Made by a program: the position numbers and the translations under genes | The notes under the pieces: generated by a model | The model's input: the letters and a program-made list of their open reading frames with translations, nothing else | Told to the model about the DNA's origin: nothing | The model's database searches: none | Shown here: in pieces, positions 1 through 9,861 of the stretch | How the letters are laid out: each line of letters begins with the position of its first letter | Position numbering within the stretch: position 1 is the first letter of the stretch | Assembly (NCBI GenBank): GCA_016926175.1 | Contig: JAFGPA010000024.1 | Location: forward strand, 279-64,278 | Direction: 5' to 3' | DNA: 64,000 bases | From: Candidatus Micrarchaeota archaeon | GTDB lineage: Archaea > Micrarchaeota > Micrarchaeia > Anstonellales > Bilamarchaeaceae

Positions 1-99
1 AAATCCAAAAAAATTGAAGCATACTACCTGAATACCATGCTTGGCCTGTACAAGAAAAAACCTAAGCGCGGAAAAACCACGGAAGGAAATTCAGGATAA
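1..99 (+). CDS. 3' end of an unidentified gene (partial)
   Basis: Frame 1 is open from base 1 (KSKKIEAYYLNTMLGLYKKKPKRGKTTEGNSG) to TAA at 97-99, converging on the M50 gene. Confidence 0.35.
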   Translation, partial: KSKKIEAYYLNTMLGLYKKKPKRGKTTEGNSG

Positions 100-1204
100 A
101 GAATGCCAGCGTTACGTACATCAATGACTTTACGATAAGCTTGTTCCTAACATTTACATCTATCAGCCGGTAACCGTCAAAAAGCGGCAAAGGAAGCAGG
201 TTAACGGCCCCTACTATGAAATTCAGTGCGAATGTAAGTCCCAGGGTTATAAGCACAAAATCGAACACCATCCCCTGCAGCCCGAACATATTCCTCAGCA
301 GCAGCAGTCCCAGGTATGGTATGAAAACAAGAATACTCATTAAGAGGTTTGAAGTTGGCCCTGCAACTACTACCCTGGTTTGTTTCATGGCATCTGATTT
401 TTCAAGTTTTTTCTCATCAGGTTCTATGAAAGCGCCTATAGGTATGATTCCAAACAATACAATTCCTGAAGAAACAACAGGTATTTTCCCTATTCTTGCA
501 AGGATTGCATGGGATCCCTCATGCACCAGCATTACAACTATGAGTGCAATTATTCCCTCAAAAAACGGAAGATTAATCCCCGGAAGCAGAAAGGTGGCGC
601 CCGGGTCTGTTTTCAGTATCTCCTCGCTTCCATAAAGAAAATAATTACCGATTCTTACAAGGACAAATCCTCCATAGAATGCGATTCCTGCAAGTATAAA
701 AAGAAACAACCCGCCAAGAAGCAGGATTCCTGCAACTGTAATGAATCCAAAGTCTCCCAAAGTAACTGAAACAGAACCTGCCGACTCGTCCAGGCTTCCG
801 ATTCCAAGAACGTTAAAGAGAAATACGAATGCCATGGGAGCAACTAAAAACGATGCAATGAACAATACCAGAAATCCGGATAACATGCTTGCAGTGCTTG
901 TATGCTTTCTTGTTATTACCAGGCTCAGCAGCCCATATGCTGCAGTGCTCCCCATATCGCTCATGAAAGTAAAAATTTTCCCGTACCTGGCGGCAATAAG
1001 ATCAATTATCTCGATGCCTTTCTTGCTTTTCAGCAATATGAGGCCGATCTCGTTCGGAAGCTTGTATTTTTTTATCAGTATCCGGCTTATTACAACCATT
1101 TCTATGAATATGATTCCGAATTTCCACAGTCCGGGTATTTCCATTCCAAGAACGGCCCAGAACAGGAATATGCCTAAAGCAATGAGTAATACGAGGAAGA
1201 TCAT
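62..1204 (-). CDS. Site-2 protease (M50 intramembrane zinc metalloprotease)
   Basis: HEGSH zinc motif, GAFIEPD, AGPTSN, NLLPLPLFDG; many hydrophobic segments. Confidence 0.92.
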   Translation of the reverse strand: MIFLVLLIALGIFLFWAVLGMEIPGLWKFGIIFIEMVVISRILIKKYKLPNEIGLILLKSKKGIEIIDLIAARYGKIFTFMSDMGSTAAYGLLSLVITRKHTSTASMLSGFLVLFIASFLVAPMAFVFLFNVLGIGSLDESAGSVSVTLGDFGFITVAGILLLGGLFLFILAGIAFYGGFVLVRIGNYFLYGSEEILKTDPGATFLLPGINLPFFEGIIALIVVMLVHEGSHAILARIGKIPVVSSGIVLFGIIPIGAFIEPDEKKLEKSDAMKQTRVVVAGPTSNLLMSILVFIPYLGLLLLRNMFGLQGMVFDFVLITLGLTFALNFIVGAVNLLPLPLFDGYRLIDVNVRNKLIVKSLMYVTLAFFILNFLPWFFRA

Positions 1205-1225
1205 GAATAAAATGGGGGCTAGGGC

Positions 1226-1233
1226 TTTTTATA
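1226..1233. promoter_or_regulatory. TATA element, possibly shared by two divergent leaderless genes
   Basis: Reads TTTTTATA (+) and TATAAAAA (-), about 22 nt from both ATG 1256 and ATG 1204. Confidence 0.5.
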
Positions 1234-1255
1234 GCTATTGAAAGAACAAAATATT

Positions 1256-1726
1256 ATGACAGAACTTTCTTGCGATATCTGCGGAGCAACTCCAATAAAG
1301 GCCCAAATACTTATCGAAGGGGCAAAGCTTTTGGTCTGCGGCAGATGTGCCAAAAGCGGCAAAATTCTTCATTATTTCCATGATGAGGAAGAAGCCGAAA
1401 ATCCGCATAAGATATCGGCCCCTCCACCCAAAAGCATCGGGCCGGAAGAGGAAATTGTAGAAAGCTACGGCGAAATCATCCGAAAAGCAAGACAAAAGAA
1501 GAACCTTACCATAGAAGAGCTTGGAGCCAGAATACTGGAAAAGGCCAATTTCCTCCATGCAATAGAAACCGAAAGGCTGAAACCAACAATTTCAGTGGCA
1601 AAAAAACTTGAAAAAGAACTGGAAATCAAAATCATACAATCATCTTCAGGCGATCTATCTCCATCAAATCTCAACCAGGGAAGGAAGGAATTCCATGAGC
1701 CGACCCTTGGGGATTTCAAAGGATGA
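1256..1726 (+). CDS. mbf1: Archaeal multiprotein bridging factor 1 (Zn ribbon + HTH)
   Basis: CDICG...IEGAKLLVCGRC zinc ribbon, XRE-type HTH, C-terminal TLGD; ATG 1256 preferred over TTG 1238. Confidence 0.9.
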   Translation: MTELSCDICGATPIKAQILIEGAKLLVCGRCAKSGKILHYFHDEEEAENPHKISAPPPKSIGPEEEIVESYGEIIRKARQKKNLTIEELGARILEKANFLHAIETERLKPTISVAKKLEKELEIKIIQSSSGDLSPSNLNQGRKEFHEPTLGDFKG

Positions 1727-1730
1727 ATGA

Positions 1731-2768
1731 ATGGGAGTTGACCTTGGCGATCTTGCAGTAAAAAATCACATCTCTCTGGATGTACTGTCAGGCAAAGCTG
1801 TTGCCGTCGATGCATTCAATATCCTTTATCAGTTTCTTGCATCCATAAGGCAGGAAGACGGAACCCCATTGAGCGATTTCAAAGGCAATATAACCGCACA
1901 TCTTTCCGGCCTGTTCTACAGAAACTGCAAGTTTCTTGATGCGGGAATAAGGCCGGTCTATGTTTTTGACGGGCAGGCTCACAGTTTCAAGGAAAAGGTG
2001 CAATCAGAAAGAAGGGATGTCAAAAGAAAAGCTGAGCAAAAATGGAAAGAGGCGATGGAGCAGGAAAAATATCCTGAAGCGAAAAAATATGCACAGGCAA
2101 CTTCAAGGCTTACCGGAGAGATTATTGAAGAATCAAAAGAACTGCTTTCCAATATGGGAATCCCTGTTGTCCAGGCACCTTCTGACGGCGAAGCGCAGGC
2201 TGCCCTGATGGTGCAAAAGGGCATTGCATATGCAACAGCCTCACAGGACTATGATGCAATGATGTTCGGCTCTCCCATTCTCGTTCGCAATCTTTCCATT
2301 ACCGGAAGAAGAAAAGTTCCAAGACAAAACCGGTTCATCATTGTTGAGCCTGAAATGATCAATCTTCAACAGAGCCTTTCAGCACATAATATCAGCAGAA
2401 CCGATCTAATCCACATCGGAATTCTGATAGGCACTGATTTCAATGAAGGCATTAAAGGCGTAGGTCCAAAAACCGCGCTGAAGATAGTTCAGGAAAAGAA
2501 AACCCTTGATGAAATCATAGGTTATGTAAAAGAAAAATACGACTATCAGTTCGAGGTGGATGCAGAGGAAGTCGAACACATGTTTCTTAATCCTCCGTAC
2601 GCCCCGGTGGAGAACCTCCGCTGGAAGGAGCCGGACGTTGAAAAAATATCAAAACTCCTTGTAGACGAGCATGACTTCTCTGAAGAAAGAATCCACAGAA
2701 TACTGGCTGATTTGCAGGAAAAAACCAGGGAGAGAGCTGCACAAAGCAAGCTGGACCGGTTTTTCTAG
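1731..2768 (+). CDS. fen1: Flap endonuclease 1
   Basis: MGVDL start, DAFNILYQFLASIRQ, PSDGEAQAA, SQDYD, GTDFN.GIKGVGPKTA, C-terminal PIP box QSKLDRFF. Confidence 0.97.
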   Translation: MGVDLGDLAVKNHISLDVLSGKAVAVDAFNILYQFLASIRQEDGTPLSDFKGNITAHLSGLFYRNCKFLDAGIRPVYVFDGQAHSFKEKVQSERRDVKRKAEQKWKEAMEQEKYPEAKKYAQATSRLTGEIIEESKELLSNMGIPVVQAPSDGEAQAALMVQKGIAYATASQDYDAMMFGSPILVRNLSITGRRKVPRQNRFIIVEPEMINLQQSLSAHNISRTDLIHIGILIGTDFNEGIKGVGPKTALKIVQEKKTLDEIIGYVKEKYDYQFEVDAEEVEHMFLNPPYAPVENLRWKEPDVEKISKLLVDEHDFSEERIHRILADLQEKTRERAAQSKLDRFF

Positions 2769-3370
2769 CGTTCCGGAAAATTCAGCAGGTCTATCTGGTC
2801 GCTTTCCCTTATCAGCTTATGGTCAACAAGGTCAAAGACAATGGAATGGCCCCGGTATTTTGTTTCTCCGCCATCAATGGCAAGATCAACCTGCTCCAGG
2901 ACTTTTTTTTCAATGTCGCCGAATTTTGTCGGTGCGGGCTGCCTGGTCGGATTTGCACTTGTAGTTATTATGGGCCCTCCGAATTTTCGTGCAAGATTCT
3001 GGCAGAATTCATTTTCAGGTATTCTTACCCCAAGTTTTTCAGTGTAGGAAGCGTGAATCCCCCGTTGTTTTTTCAAAATAAATGTATATGGCCCTGGAAG
3101 GTATTTCCTTACTGCCATGTCCTCCCATATTCCAGTTTCACAATAATAATCTATGGCGCCGTAATCTCCTACCATCACAGATAATTCCTTGTCCCTTCCT
3201 ATCCCCTTTATTTTTCTCAGCCTGTCAACCGCCTCTTCATTTGTAGCATCGCAGCCGATTCCATATACTGTGTCTGTAGGATAGACAATTATCTTTCCTG
3301 CCCTGAGCATGCCGTCTGCTGCATTCAATGCAGCATCGAAATCGTCCTTTTTTATTTTCAAAACAATCAT
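2765..3370 (-). CDS. sua5: L-threonylcarbamoyladenylate synthase (Sua5/YrdC domain only)
   Basis: YPTDTVYGIGC, PGPYTFIL, GVRIP, TTSAN motifs. Confidence 0.93.
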   Translation of the reverse strand: MIVLKIKKDDFDAALNAADGMLRAGKIIVYPTDTVYGIGCDATNEEAVDRLRKIKGIGRDKELSVMVGDYGAIDYYCETGIWEDMAVRKYLPGPYTFILKKQRGIHASYTEKLGVRIPENEFCQNLARKFGGPIITTSANPTRQPAPTKFGDIEKKVLEQVDLAIDGGETKYRGHSIVFDLVDHKLIRESDQIDLLNFPER

Positions 3371-4866
3371 AGCATATCCTTTTTCAGTTTTTCAATTCCA
3401 ATGGCTGCGATAAGTTTTCCAAGCCGCGGCCCTTTTTTCTTGCCTATCATTGCATCATAAATCTCTGCAAAAAAATCCTTTGGCTGTATGGCACTGGCAT
3501 TTGCAAACTCGAATACTGCATTGTGGACTGCAAGGGCATCCATTCCGCTTTCCAGCGATTCAATGAATTTCCTTACATTTCCCGAAGCTTTTTTTGGAGC
3601 ATAAGTGAAGTTGTAATCATCCGGCATGAATTTCCTGTCTATCCACTCTTCTATGTATGACTTCAGATATTCCACTCCGTCAGGATCACCAGTCATTTCC
3701 TTTACTTTTTCCCAGTCCCGGTAGATCTGGAAATAAAGTAAAGCATCAAGGAACGACTTCCACTTCATTTTATCGGTGCTTAATGCAAATGCGATCCCTT
3801 TTTTCCTGTCAGACCTGCTTGCTTCAGGATCATTCATGTCCACCGTTGAAGCATATTCAAATTCTTCTATCTTCCGCAGTATTTTGTCGCTGTCAGGATC
3901 GATATCGACATTTTCTTCCAGGTCCGGCTTCAGGAGCATGTATTTTATTACCTCTGGCATGAGCAGGGTGCTTATTTCGCTTATTCCCATTCCCGTTCCC
4001 TTTGATTTCGAGTATTTCTTTCCCTTAAATAAAATGAACCCATACTTGTAGGGGATGTGGTATTCCTTTCCGAGGAGGTTCTTTGTTATTGCCTTGCAGG
4101 TATCCTCGCTTCCACCTTTTGTATGGTGATCCATGCCTGCTCCTTCGATGCTTGTTCCGAATATCTGCTTCCATGATGGCCAGTGCAGCCTCCAGACGAT
4201 CTTGTACCTGTGATCACTTATCCTGTTTTTTCCCCGGAACCCACATCCTTTTGTGTATTTGACATCCCGGTCGCAGGCATATTCATAGCTTTCCCCTTCA
4301 TGGGCGGTTACCCTGGTTGTTGCTATTCTGCCGCATTTTTCGCAGACCGGCATTATTGGCGACCAGTCCTTCTTTTCCGTCTTGCCGCTTGTTTCCTCAA
4401 CTATTTTTCTTGCTTCATCAGAATGTTCAAGATAAAACCTTGCCAGCTCATCAAACCTGCCCTGCCGGTAATATTCATTGATCCTCACTATCTCAGCTTC
4501 AATGCCGAACTTTTTCATCAGTTCCCTTGCTTCATCAAGGTAATGGTCTCCAAAACTCCTGCTCTTTCCTGTCGGATCCGGGACATCACAAAGGGGCTTT
4601 CCCAGGTGGGGGGCAAGCTCTTTCGTGTATTCTTCCATCGATTTCGGTACAGAGTCAAAAGCATCGAAAATATCAGCAATAAAATAATACCTGACTTTTT
4701 TCCCCTTTTTTTCCAGGGCTTTTTTTATCGCAGCCGGAAACAGCATTTCGCAAAGGGTCCCAAAATGCACCGGGCCTGACGTTGTCATGCCTCCGGAAAT
4801 AACGTAGGGCTCCTTTTTTTCCACTATTACCCTGTCCGCAAGATTTTCTGACCAGTGCTGATGCAT
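3367..4866 (-). CDS. lysS: Class I lysyl-tRNA synthetase
   Basis: HW start, SGPVHFGT (HIGH variant), CEKCG, WRLHWP, GMDHHTKGGS, KYSKSKG (KMSKS variant), GPRLG. Confidence 0.93.
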   Translation of the reverse strand: MHQHWSENLADRVIVEKKEPYVISGGMTTSGPVHFGTLCEMLFPAAIKKALEKKGKKVRYYFIADIFDAFDSVPKSMEEYTKELAPHLGKPLCDVPDPTGKSRSFGDHYLDEARELMKKFGIEAEIVRINEYYRQGRFDELARFYLEHSDEARKIVEETSGKTEKKDWSPIMPVCEKCGRIATTRVTAHEGESYEYACDRDVKYTKGCGFRGKNRISDHRYKIVWRLHWPSWKQIFGTSIEGAGMDHHTKGGSEDTCKAITKNLLGKEYHIPYKYGFILFKGKKYSKSKGTGMGISEISTLLMPEVIKYMLLKPDLEENVDIDPDSDKILRKIEEFEYASTVDMNDPEASRSDRKKGIAFALSTDKMKWKSFLDALLYFQIYRDWEKVKEMTGDPDGVEYLKSYIEEWIDRKFMPDDYNFTYAPKKASGNVRKFIESLESGMDALAVHNAVFEFANASAIQPKDFFAEIYDAMIGKKKGPRLGKLIAAIGIEKLKKDML

Positions 4867-4870
4867 AAAA

Positions 4871-5692
4871 TCACATGAGTCTCTTCCAGAAGAAATACTG
4901 CAGCGGGAGCATTCCCATCTCCATTGCCACTGACATTATGAAAATCAAGGCAAAATACAGTATCATTCCTATTATTCCAAATGCCAGGTTCTGGCCAAAT
5001 GCCGCTCCCATCATCATCACCGGCAATATCAGGAATTGCATCAAAATCGCAAATGGTATTGATAATGCAAGAACTATGACAAGCAGTATAAGGTCAAATA
5101 TGAATACTGGCACCACGTTCTTTTTTACCTTGTTTATTGATGCCTTCAGGCTTGCAATAACCCCTGTTTTACTGTATATCACTTCAAGCAGTCCAAACTG
5201 GATGATGAAAAGGAATACAACAAAGGCAATTATGCATGCCACAGCGAAAATGGTCATCAGAATTACAGAAGCGGAACCTGATAAGAGAAGGATTGGAGCG
5301 ATGATTACTGCCAAAATTGCAATCTGAATGGCAATAATTACTAATGTGTATCTGGCAACTGGAAAAAGAAGCTTCCCTGCTTCCCTGATTATCCCAATGC
5401 TTTTCCCTGCTGCCCTTTCACTGACTACCAGGTAAGCTGTTGCTCTTATGACACCTGTAAGTACAATCATGATTATCTGCAATACAATTGTTGCTGCAAC
5501 TGCAACTGCGATGCCTATCCATATATTCCCCATAATTCCGGTACTTACCATGAGCCAGCTTCCAACCATTATTATCGTTGAAATGATTAAAATCAGGTAG
5601 ATAAGCCCATAAATCTTTGAAAAATCAATGGCCAGTTTCTTCCAGTTTTTTTCAAGGAGCTTTGCGCTGTCATTGATTGACTCTTCTATCAT
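4871..5692 (-). CDS. Polytopic membrane protein, function unknown
   Basis: 273 aa, about 6 hydrophobic helices. Confidence 0.75.
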   Translation of the reverse strand: MIEESINDSAKLLEKNWKKLAIDFSKIYGLIYLILIISTIIMVGSWLMVSTGIMGNIWIGIAVAVAATIVLQIIMIVLTGVIRATAYLVVSERAAGKSIGIIREAGKLLFPVARYTLVIIAIQIAILAVIIAPILLLSGSASVILMTIFAVACIIAFVVFLFIIQFGLLEVIYSKTGVIASLKASINKVKKNVVPVFIFDLILLVIVLALSIPFAILMQFLILPVMMMGAAFGQNLAFGIIGMILYFALIFIMSVAMEMGMLPLQYFFWKRLM

Positions 5693-5744
5693 AACCTAAA
5701 TACGAGGAACAAACATTTAAAAATCCAATATTCCATAATTCTTT

Positions 5745-5859
5745 TGTTAGCGGTCATAGGAAGGAGGAAACACCTGATCCCATTCCGAACTCAGAAGTTA
5801 AGCTCCTTCACGGTGTTACGAGTACTGCCTTCTGGCGGAAAAGTACACTGCTGCTGACA
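5745..5859 (+). rRNA. rrf: 5S rRNA (stand-alone)
   Basis: Conserved CACCTGATCCCATTCCGAACTCAGAAGTTAAGC core; terminal helix TGTTAGCGG/CTGCTGACA; TTTAAAAA box about 22 nt upstream. Confidence 0.95.
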
Positions 5860-5890
5860 CTCATATTAATTTTATCATCTAATTATTTTT

Positions 5891-6403
5891 ATGGAATTCT
5901 ACGATGTTATTCATAAAAGACGTTCAATACGCGCCTTTCTCGGGAAAGAAATTGAATCAGGCAAGCTTGAGCGCATACTCCAGGCAGCCAACAGCGCCCC
6001 TTCTGCAGGCAATCTTCAGGCTTACAGATTATATATTGTAACCTCCCGGGAAATAAAACAGGGAATATGTGAAGCTTCACATGGCCAGGATTTCCTGATG
6101 GAGGCTCCGATTCTGCTTGTTTTCTGCGCAATAAGAAATCCCGGCATGAAATATGGTGATCGCGGAGCAGAATTATACTCTGTGCAGGACGCCACAATAG
6201 CAGCAGCCTACTGCCAGCTTGCAATAACTGCTGAAGGGCTGGGTTCAGTATGGGTGGGCGGATTTGACACATTTGAAGTTTCCCGCCTGCTTAATGCACT
6301 GCCCTATGAAGTTCCGGTAGCTGCAATTCCCATTGGCTATCCTGCAGAGCAGCCTGAAGCTACCGGCAGGAAATCCCTGCAGGATCTTGTGGGTGAAGCC
6401 TGA
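5891..6403 (+). CDS. Nitroreductase family flavoprotein
   Basis: RRSIRAF, APSAGNLQ, GLGSVWVG, IPIGYP. Confidence 0.92.
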   Translation: MEFYDVIHKRRSIRAFLGKEIESGKLERILQAANSAPSAGNLQAYRLYIVTSREIKQGICEASHGQDFLMEAPILLVFCAIRNPGMKYGDRGAELYSVQDATIAAAYCQLAITAEGLGSVWVGGFDTFEVSRLLNALPYEVPVAAIPIGYPAEQPEATGRKSLQDLVGEA

Positions 6404-6651
6404 TGGAACCAAAGGAACGCACCAAAAAAGACCTTGAAAAGCTTGACAGCATAATCCGGATATTCAGGGATGAAGGACTTGGGGAAAAATACCCTGAGAT
6501 TCTGGAATATGCAGAGAACTATGGTGCCGATGCAAAACATTTCTATGAATCCGGAGATTATTTTTCATCATTTGGCGCAGCAAACTATGCCTATGGATAC
6601 ATAGATGCAATCCTTCTTATTGAAGGCAAAAAAGACAATCATGTGCTGTGA
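6403..6651 (+). CDS. DUF357 family protein
   Basis: Y..DAKHF...GD...SFGAANYAYGYIDA signature. Confidence 0.85.
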   Translation: MEPKERTKKDLEKLDSIIRIFRDEGLGEKYPEILEYAENYGADAKHFYESGDYFSSFGAANYAYGYIDAILLIEGKKDNHVL

Positions 6652-7391
6652 TTATTGTGAGACGCAGAAAATCCCTTGGGCAGTGTTTTCTTGAGGACAG
6701 GAACATACTGCGATTTGAGGCTTCACTTGCAGAGCCTGAAGGAAAGACCGTCCTTGAAATAGGACCGGGAGATGGAAGGCTGACGGAAGCAATTCTTGAA
6801 AAAAATCCGGCCCGCCTCTATGCTGTGGAAAAAGACCGGAGGTTTGCAGACCTTCTCAGGAAAAAATTCAAGTCAGTTGAAATCATAGAAGGAGATTTTC
6901 TGAAAGCAGAACTGCCCGAAGCAGAAATCATAATCGGCAACATTCCCTATTACATTTCATCTGATATTGTCTTCACCCTTGCAAAGCTTGATTTTCACCA
7001 TGCTGTTCTCATGGTGCAGAAGGAGTTTGCCGAGAAAATGGTTGCAATGCCAGGGGAAGGAAATTATGGGCGGCTTTCTGTAACTTCCCAGCTGCATTTT
7101 GACATCTCACTCAGAAAAACAGTTTCAAAACGCCTCTTCAGGCCCATGCCAAAGGTTGACTCAGCCGTCATCGTTCTTTATCCCAAAAAAGTTTCAACAG
7201 ATCCGCATGATGAAAATATAATCCGCTGCCTTTTTTCCCATAAGAACAAAACCGTCAGAAACGCCCTTAAGGATTCAAAACTTGGGGATTTCAATACCGG
7301 AGGATTTTCAGGCAGAAGGGTTAAAACGCTCACAAAGGAAGAATGCATTGAAATTTCCAGAATCATTAAAAACTCCAAATGTTTATCATAA
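6648..7391 (+). CDS. rsmA: 16S rRNA adenine dimethyltransferase KsgA/Dim1
   Basis: KSLGQCFL, VLEIGPGDG, GNIPYYISS, MVQKEFA, YGRLSV, PKVDSAV. Confidence 0.95.
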   Translation: MIIVRRRKSLGQCFLEDRNILRFEASLAEPEGKTVLEIGPGDGRLTEAILEKNPARLYAVEKDRRFADLLRKKFKSVEIIEGDFLKAELPEAEIIIGNIPYYISSDIVFTLAKLDFHHAVLMVQKEFAEKMVAMPGEGNYGRLSVTSQLHFDISLRKTVSKRLFRPMPKVDSAVIVLYPKKVSTDPHDENIIRCLFSHKNKTVRNALKDSKLGDFNTGGFSGRRVKTLTKEECIEISRIIKNSKCLS

Positions 7392-7404
7392 TCCGGTGAC
7401 TTAG

Positions 7405-7719
7405 ATGGTTAAGACGGTGAAAGAATTTCAAAGCGATCTGAGGGCAATAAGAGCGGACATGTACCGGTCTGAAGGCAATCTTGATATTGCACTTGTGGCA
7501 AGCTGGCTTGACAGGGTGGCAATCTCTCTTGATGAGCTTTCAGAATCACTTGACCTGCTGGCAGTAGAGGTTGAAACCCTCTCAAATAGTTCTGCCAAGC
7601 CGGCAAAAAAAGCAGTTAAATCCGGGAAAAAAGCAGCAAAACCAAAAAAGAAAGCCGCAAAGTCCGGGAAAAAAGCAGCAAAACCAAAGAAAGCCGCAAA
7701 GAAAAAGAGGAAAAGATGA
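7405..7719 (+). CDS. Small protein with an acidic helical N-terminus and a histone H1-like Lys/Ala/Pro tail
   Basis: GGTGA SD upstream; tail KPAKKAVKSGKKAAKPKKKAAKSGKKAAKPKKAAKKKRKR. Confidence 0.75.
   Translation: MVKTVKEFQSDLRAIRADMYRSEGNLDIALVASWLDRVAISLDELSESLDLLAVEVETLSNSSAKPAKKAVKSGKKAAKPKKKAAKSGKKAAKPKKAAKKKRKR
7621..7701 (+). repeat. 42-nt tandem duplication in the basic tail
   Basis: TCCGGGAAAAAAGCAGCAAAACCAAA at 7621 and 7663. Confidence 0.85.
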
Positions 7720-8585
7720 TGAGATTCCTTTTCTTTCTTACTTTTATCCTGTTTTTAGGCTGTATTCAGGGCGAGCCGGCTTCTCCAGCAATTACTGAAG
7801 AGATCCCTGCCCAGCCTTCAGAGAGTATGCAAGAACCTGCTGTTGCAGGGGAAGTTCCTGAAACGTCTGAAGTTACTGAAATGCCTTCCGAAACAGTTCC
7901 TGCCCAGCCCCTGGAAACGCCTTTTGAAAAAGCATCTGTCAAATCCGATGAAATTACCTACGATAGCTCATCCTGGAAAATACGCGGAACAATGTACCCT
8001 GCCCGGCAGGCAAGCCCGACAAAAGTGATCGTCCTTGTTCCAACGCTGGGAGAATCGCGGAACAGCTATCCATCCAGATTCATTGAAAGGCTGCATGATG
8101 AATTTCCTGAAGCCATTGTTGTGTCAATAGACCCAAGGGGCCAGGGCGAAAGCACGAACCTTGGCAACTGGGAAACATTCGGCATCTTTGATTTCAAGAA
8201 TATGAAACTGGATATCACGGATCTTCAAAAGTATATCGATCCGAAAGCTCCTACGGCAAAAGAGTATTATGTGATCGGCTCAAGCATTGGGTCATCCTCT
8301 GCAGTCAATGCAGCTTCCCAGATGAAATCCATAAATAAAATTGTCATGATCTCACCAGGCGATTATCATGAAGTTGATATAAGCCGTGCGGTTGATTCAT
8401 ATGTCAAGCCGCTTCTTGTAGTTGTTGGGGATGATGATCGTTATTCCTATCAAAAAGCTTTAGAACTGAACCTGCCGAATACAAAAATATACCGGGGGGT
8501 ATCAGCACACGGAACTGATCTTTTTGATGCTACAAAAAATGATCCTGAACCTCTTGAAGAAGCAATCATAAAGTTTCTGAAGTAG
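7716..8585 (+). CDS. Lipoprotein, alpha/beta hydrolase fold
   Basis: FLGC lipobox, P/E-rich linker, DPRGQGES, nucleophile elbow GSSIG, C-terminal HG. Confidence 0.82.
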   Translation: MMRFLFFLTFILFLGCIQGEPASPAITEEIPAQPSESMQEPAVAGEVPETSEVTEMPSETVPAQPLETPFEKASVKSDEITYDSSSWKIRGTMYPARQASPTKVIVLVPTLGESRNSYPSRFIERLHDEFPEAIVVSIDPRGQGESTNLGNWETFGIFDFKNMKLDITDLQKYIDPKAPTAKEYYVIGSSIGSSSAVNAASQMKSINKIVMISPGDYHEVDISRAVDSYVKPLLVVVGDDDRYSYQKALELNLPNTKIYRGVSAHGTDLFDATKNDPEPLEEAIIKFLK

Positions 8586-8633
8586 CTTTAATTTTTTTTA
8601 CAGTTTTACCGTTCTGAATAAAACAGACTGTAG

Positions 8634-9740
8634 TCAGATGCTTAGAAATTCAAAAAATCCCGATTTTTTCTCTTTGTCAAATTCCTTCAGCATCTCTTTC
8701 TGCTTTTTGCTGAGTTTTTTCGGAACCTCAATTATAACCCTGACCATTTCATTTCCCTTTCCATTGTTGTGCAATTTTGGCATTCCTTCGTTTTTAAGCC
8801 TGAACACAGTATGTGACTGCGTTCCTGGGGGTATATGGAGTTTTGCCTTTCCAAACAGCGTTGGAACTTCAAGCTCTCCTCCAAGCGCTGCCTGCGGGAA
8901 TGTTATCGGAATATCTATCCACAGGTCTTCTCCATCTCTCTGGAATCTTCTGTGCTCTTTGATGAACACCCTGACAAAAAGATTTCCAGGCCCATGCTTT
9001 CCATACTCTCCAAGGCCTGCAAGATGCATCCTCATACCATTGTGGATTCCAGGCGGGACATCTGCCTTGATATGCTCCTTTGTACTTTCCTTTCCGCTTC
9101 CCTGGCATTTTTTGCAGGGGTTGTCGAATGCTTCTCCCTCTCCATTGCATTTCTGGCAGGTTGTTACAGTGTAAAATGCCATGGGCCCCATTCTTCTTGC
9201 CTGCTTTACCTGGCCTCTTCCGCCACATGCACTGCAATTGGTTTTTCTGCTTCCGGGCTCAGCGCCGCTGCCATTGCAGTGCGAACACTTCCTGGTTCTG
9301 TTATAGCTTATATCCACCTTGGTTCCCTTTGCCGCTTCTTCCAGCGTTATTGCGACCTGCACTTCAAGGTCTGCTCCGATATCGCGATGCCTGCCCATTC
9401 TTCCAAACATCGAGCCGAACATTGATCCGAACATTCCTCCAAAGGGATCTCTTCCGCCAAAAATGTCCTCAAAATCAGAAAAATTCGCCCCCCGGAAAAT
9501 ATCTTCCTGGCTGTACATCTGGTCAAATCCTGCGTGGCCGTACTGGTCATACTGTGCCCGTTTTCTTTCATCGGCCAGCACTGCATATGCTTCGCTGATT
9601 TCCTTGAATTTTTCCGCAGCTGCCGGATCATTGTTGCGGTCCGGATGATACTGCATGGCAAGCTTTCTGTATGCTTTTTTTATCTCATCAGTTGCCGCGT
9701 TCTTTGCAACACCAAGGACTTCGTAGTAGTCTCTCTTCAT
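8634..9740 (-). CDS. dnaJ: Chaperone DnaJ
   Basis: [12 protein letters not shown] motif, G/F region, four CxxCxGxG repeats; ATG 9740 preferred. Confidence 0.97.
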   Translation of the reverse strand: MKRDYYEVLGVAKNAATDEIKKAYRKLAMQYHPDRNNDPAAAEKFKEISEAYAVLADERKRAQYDQYGHAGFDQMYSQEDIFRGANFSDFEDIFGGRDPFGGMFGSMFGSMFGRMGRHRDIGADLEVQVAITLEEAAKGTKVDISYNRTRKCSHCNGSGAEPGSRKTNCSACGGRGQVKQARRMGPMAFYTVTTCQKCNGEGEAFDNPCKKCQGSGKESTKEHIKADVPPGIHNGMRMHLAGLGEYGKHGPGNLFVRVFIKEHRRFQRDGEDLWIDIPITFPQAALGGELEVPTLFGKAKLHIPPGTQSHTVFRLKNEGMPKLHNNGKGNEMVRVIIEVPKKLSKKQKEMLKEFDKEKKSGFFEFLSI

Positions 9741-9744
9741 CTTA

Positions 9745-9861
9745 TCATCTGTATGCGTTGTCTTTGTCCTTTTCAATGATTTCTATCATGGATCTGACCA
9801 TTCGGTTTTTTTCCTGGTTCTTTACTGAGTCTCTCCATTTACTGTATATGTCATTTGTCAT
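9745..9861 (-). CDS. Candidate 38-aa protein between dnaK and dnaJ
   Basis: [44 protein letters not shown] upstream; overlaps the dnaK stop and ends 4 nt before the dnaJ ATG. Confidence 0.45.
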   Translation of the reverse strand: MTNDIYSKWRDSVKNQEKNRMVRSMIEIIEKDKDNAYR

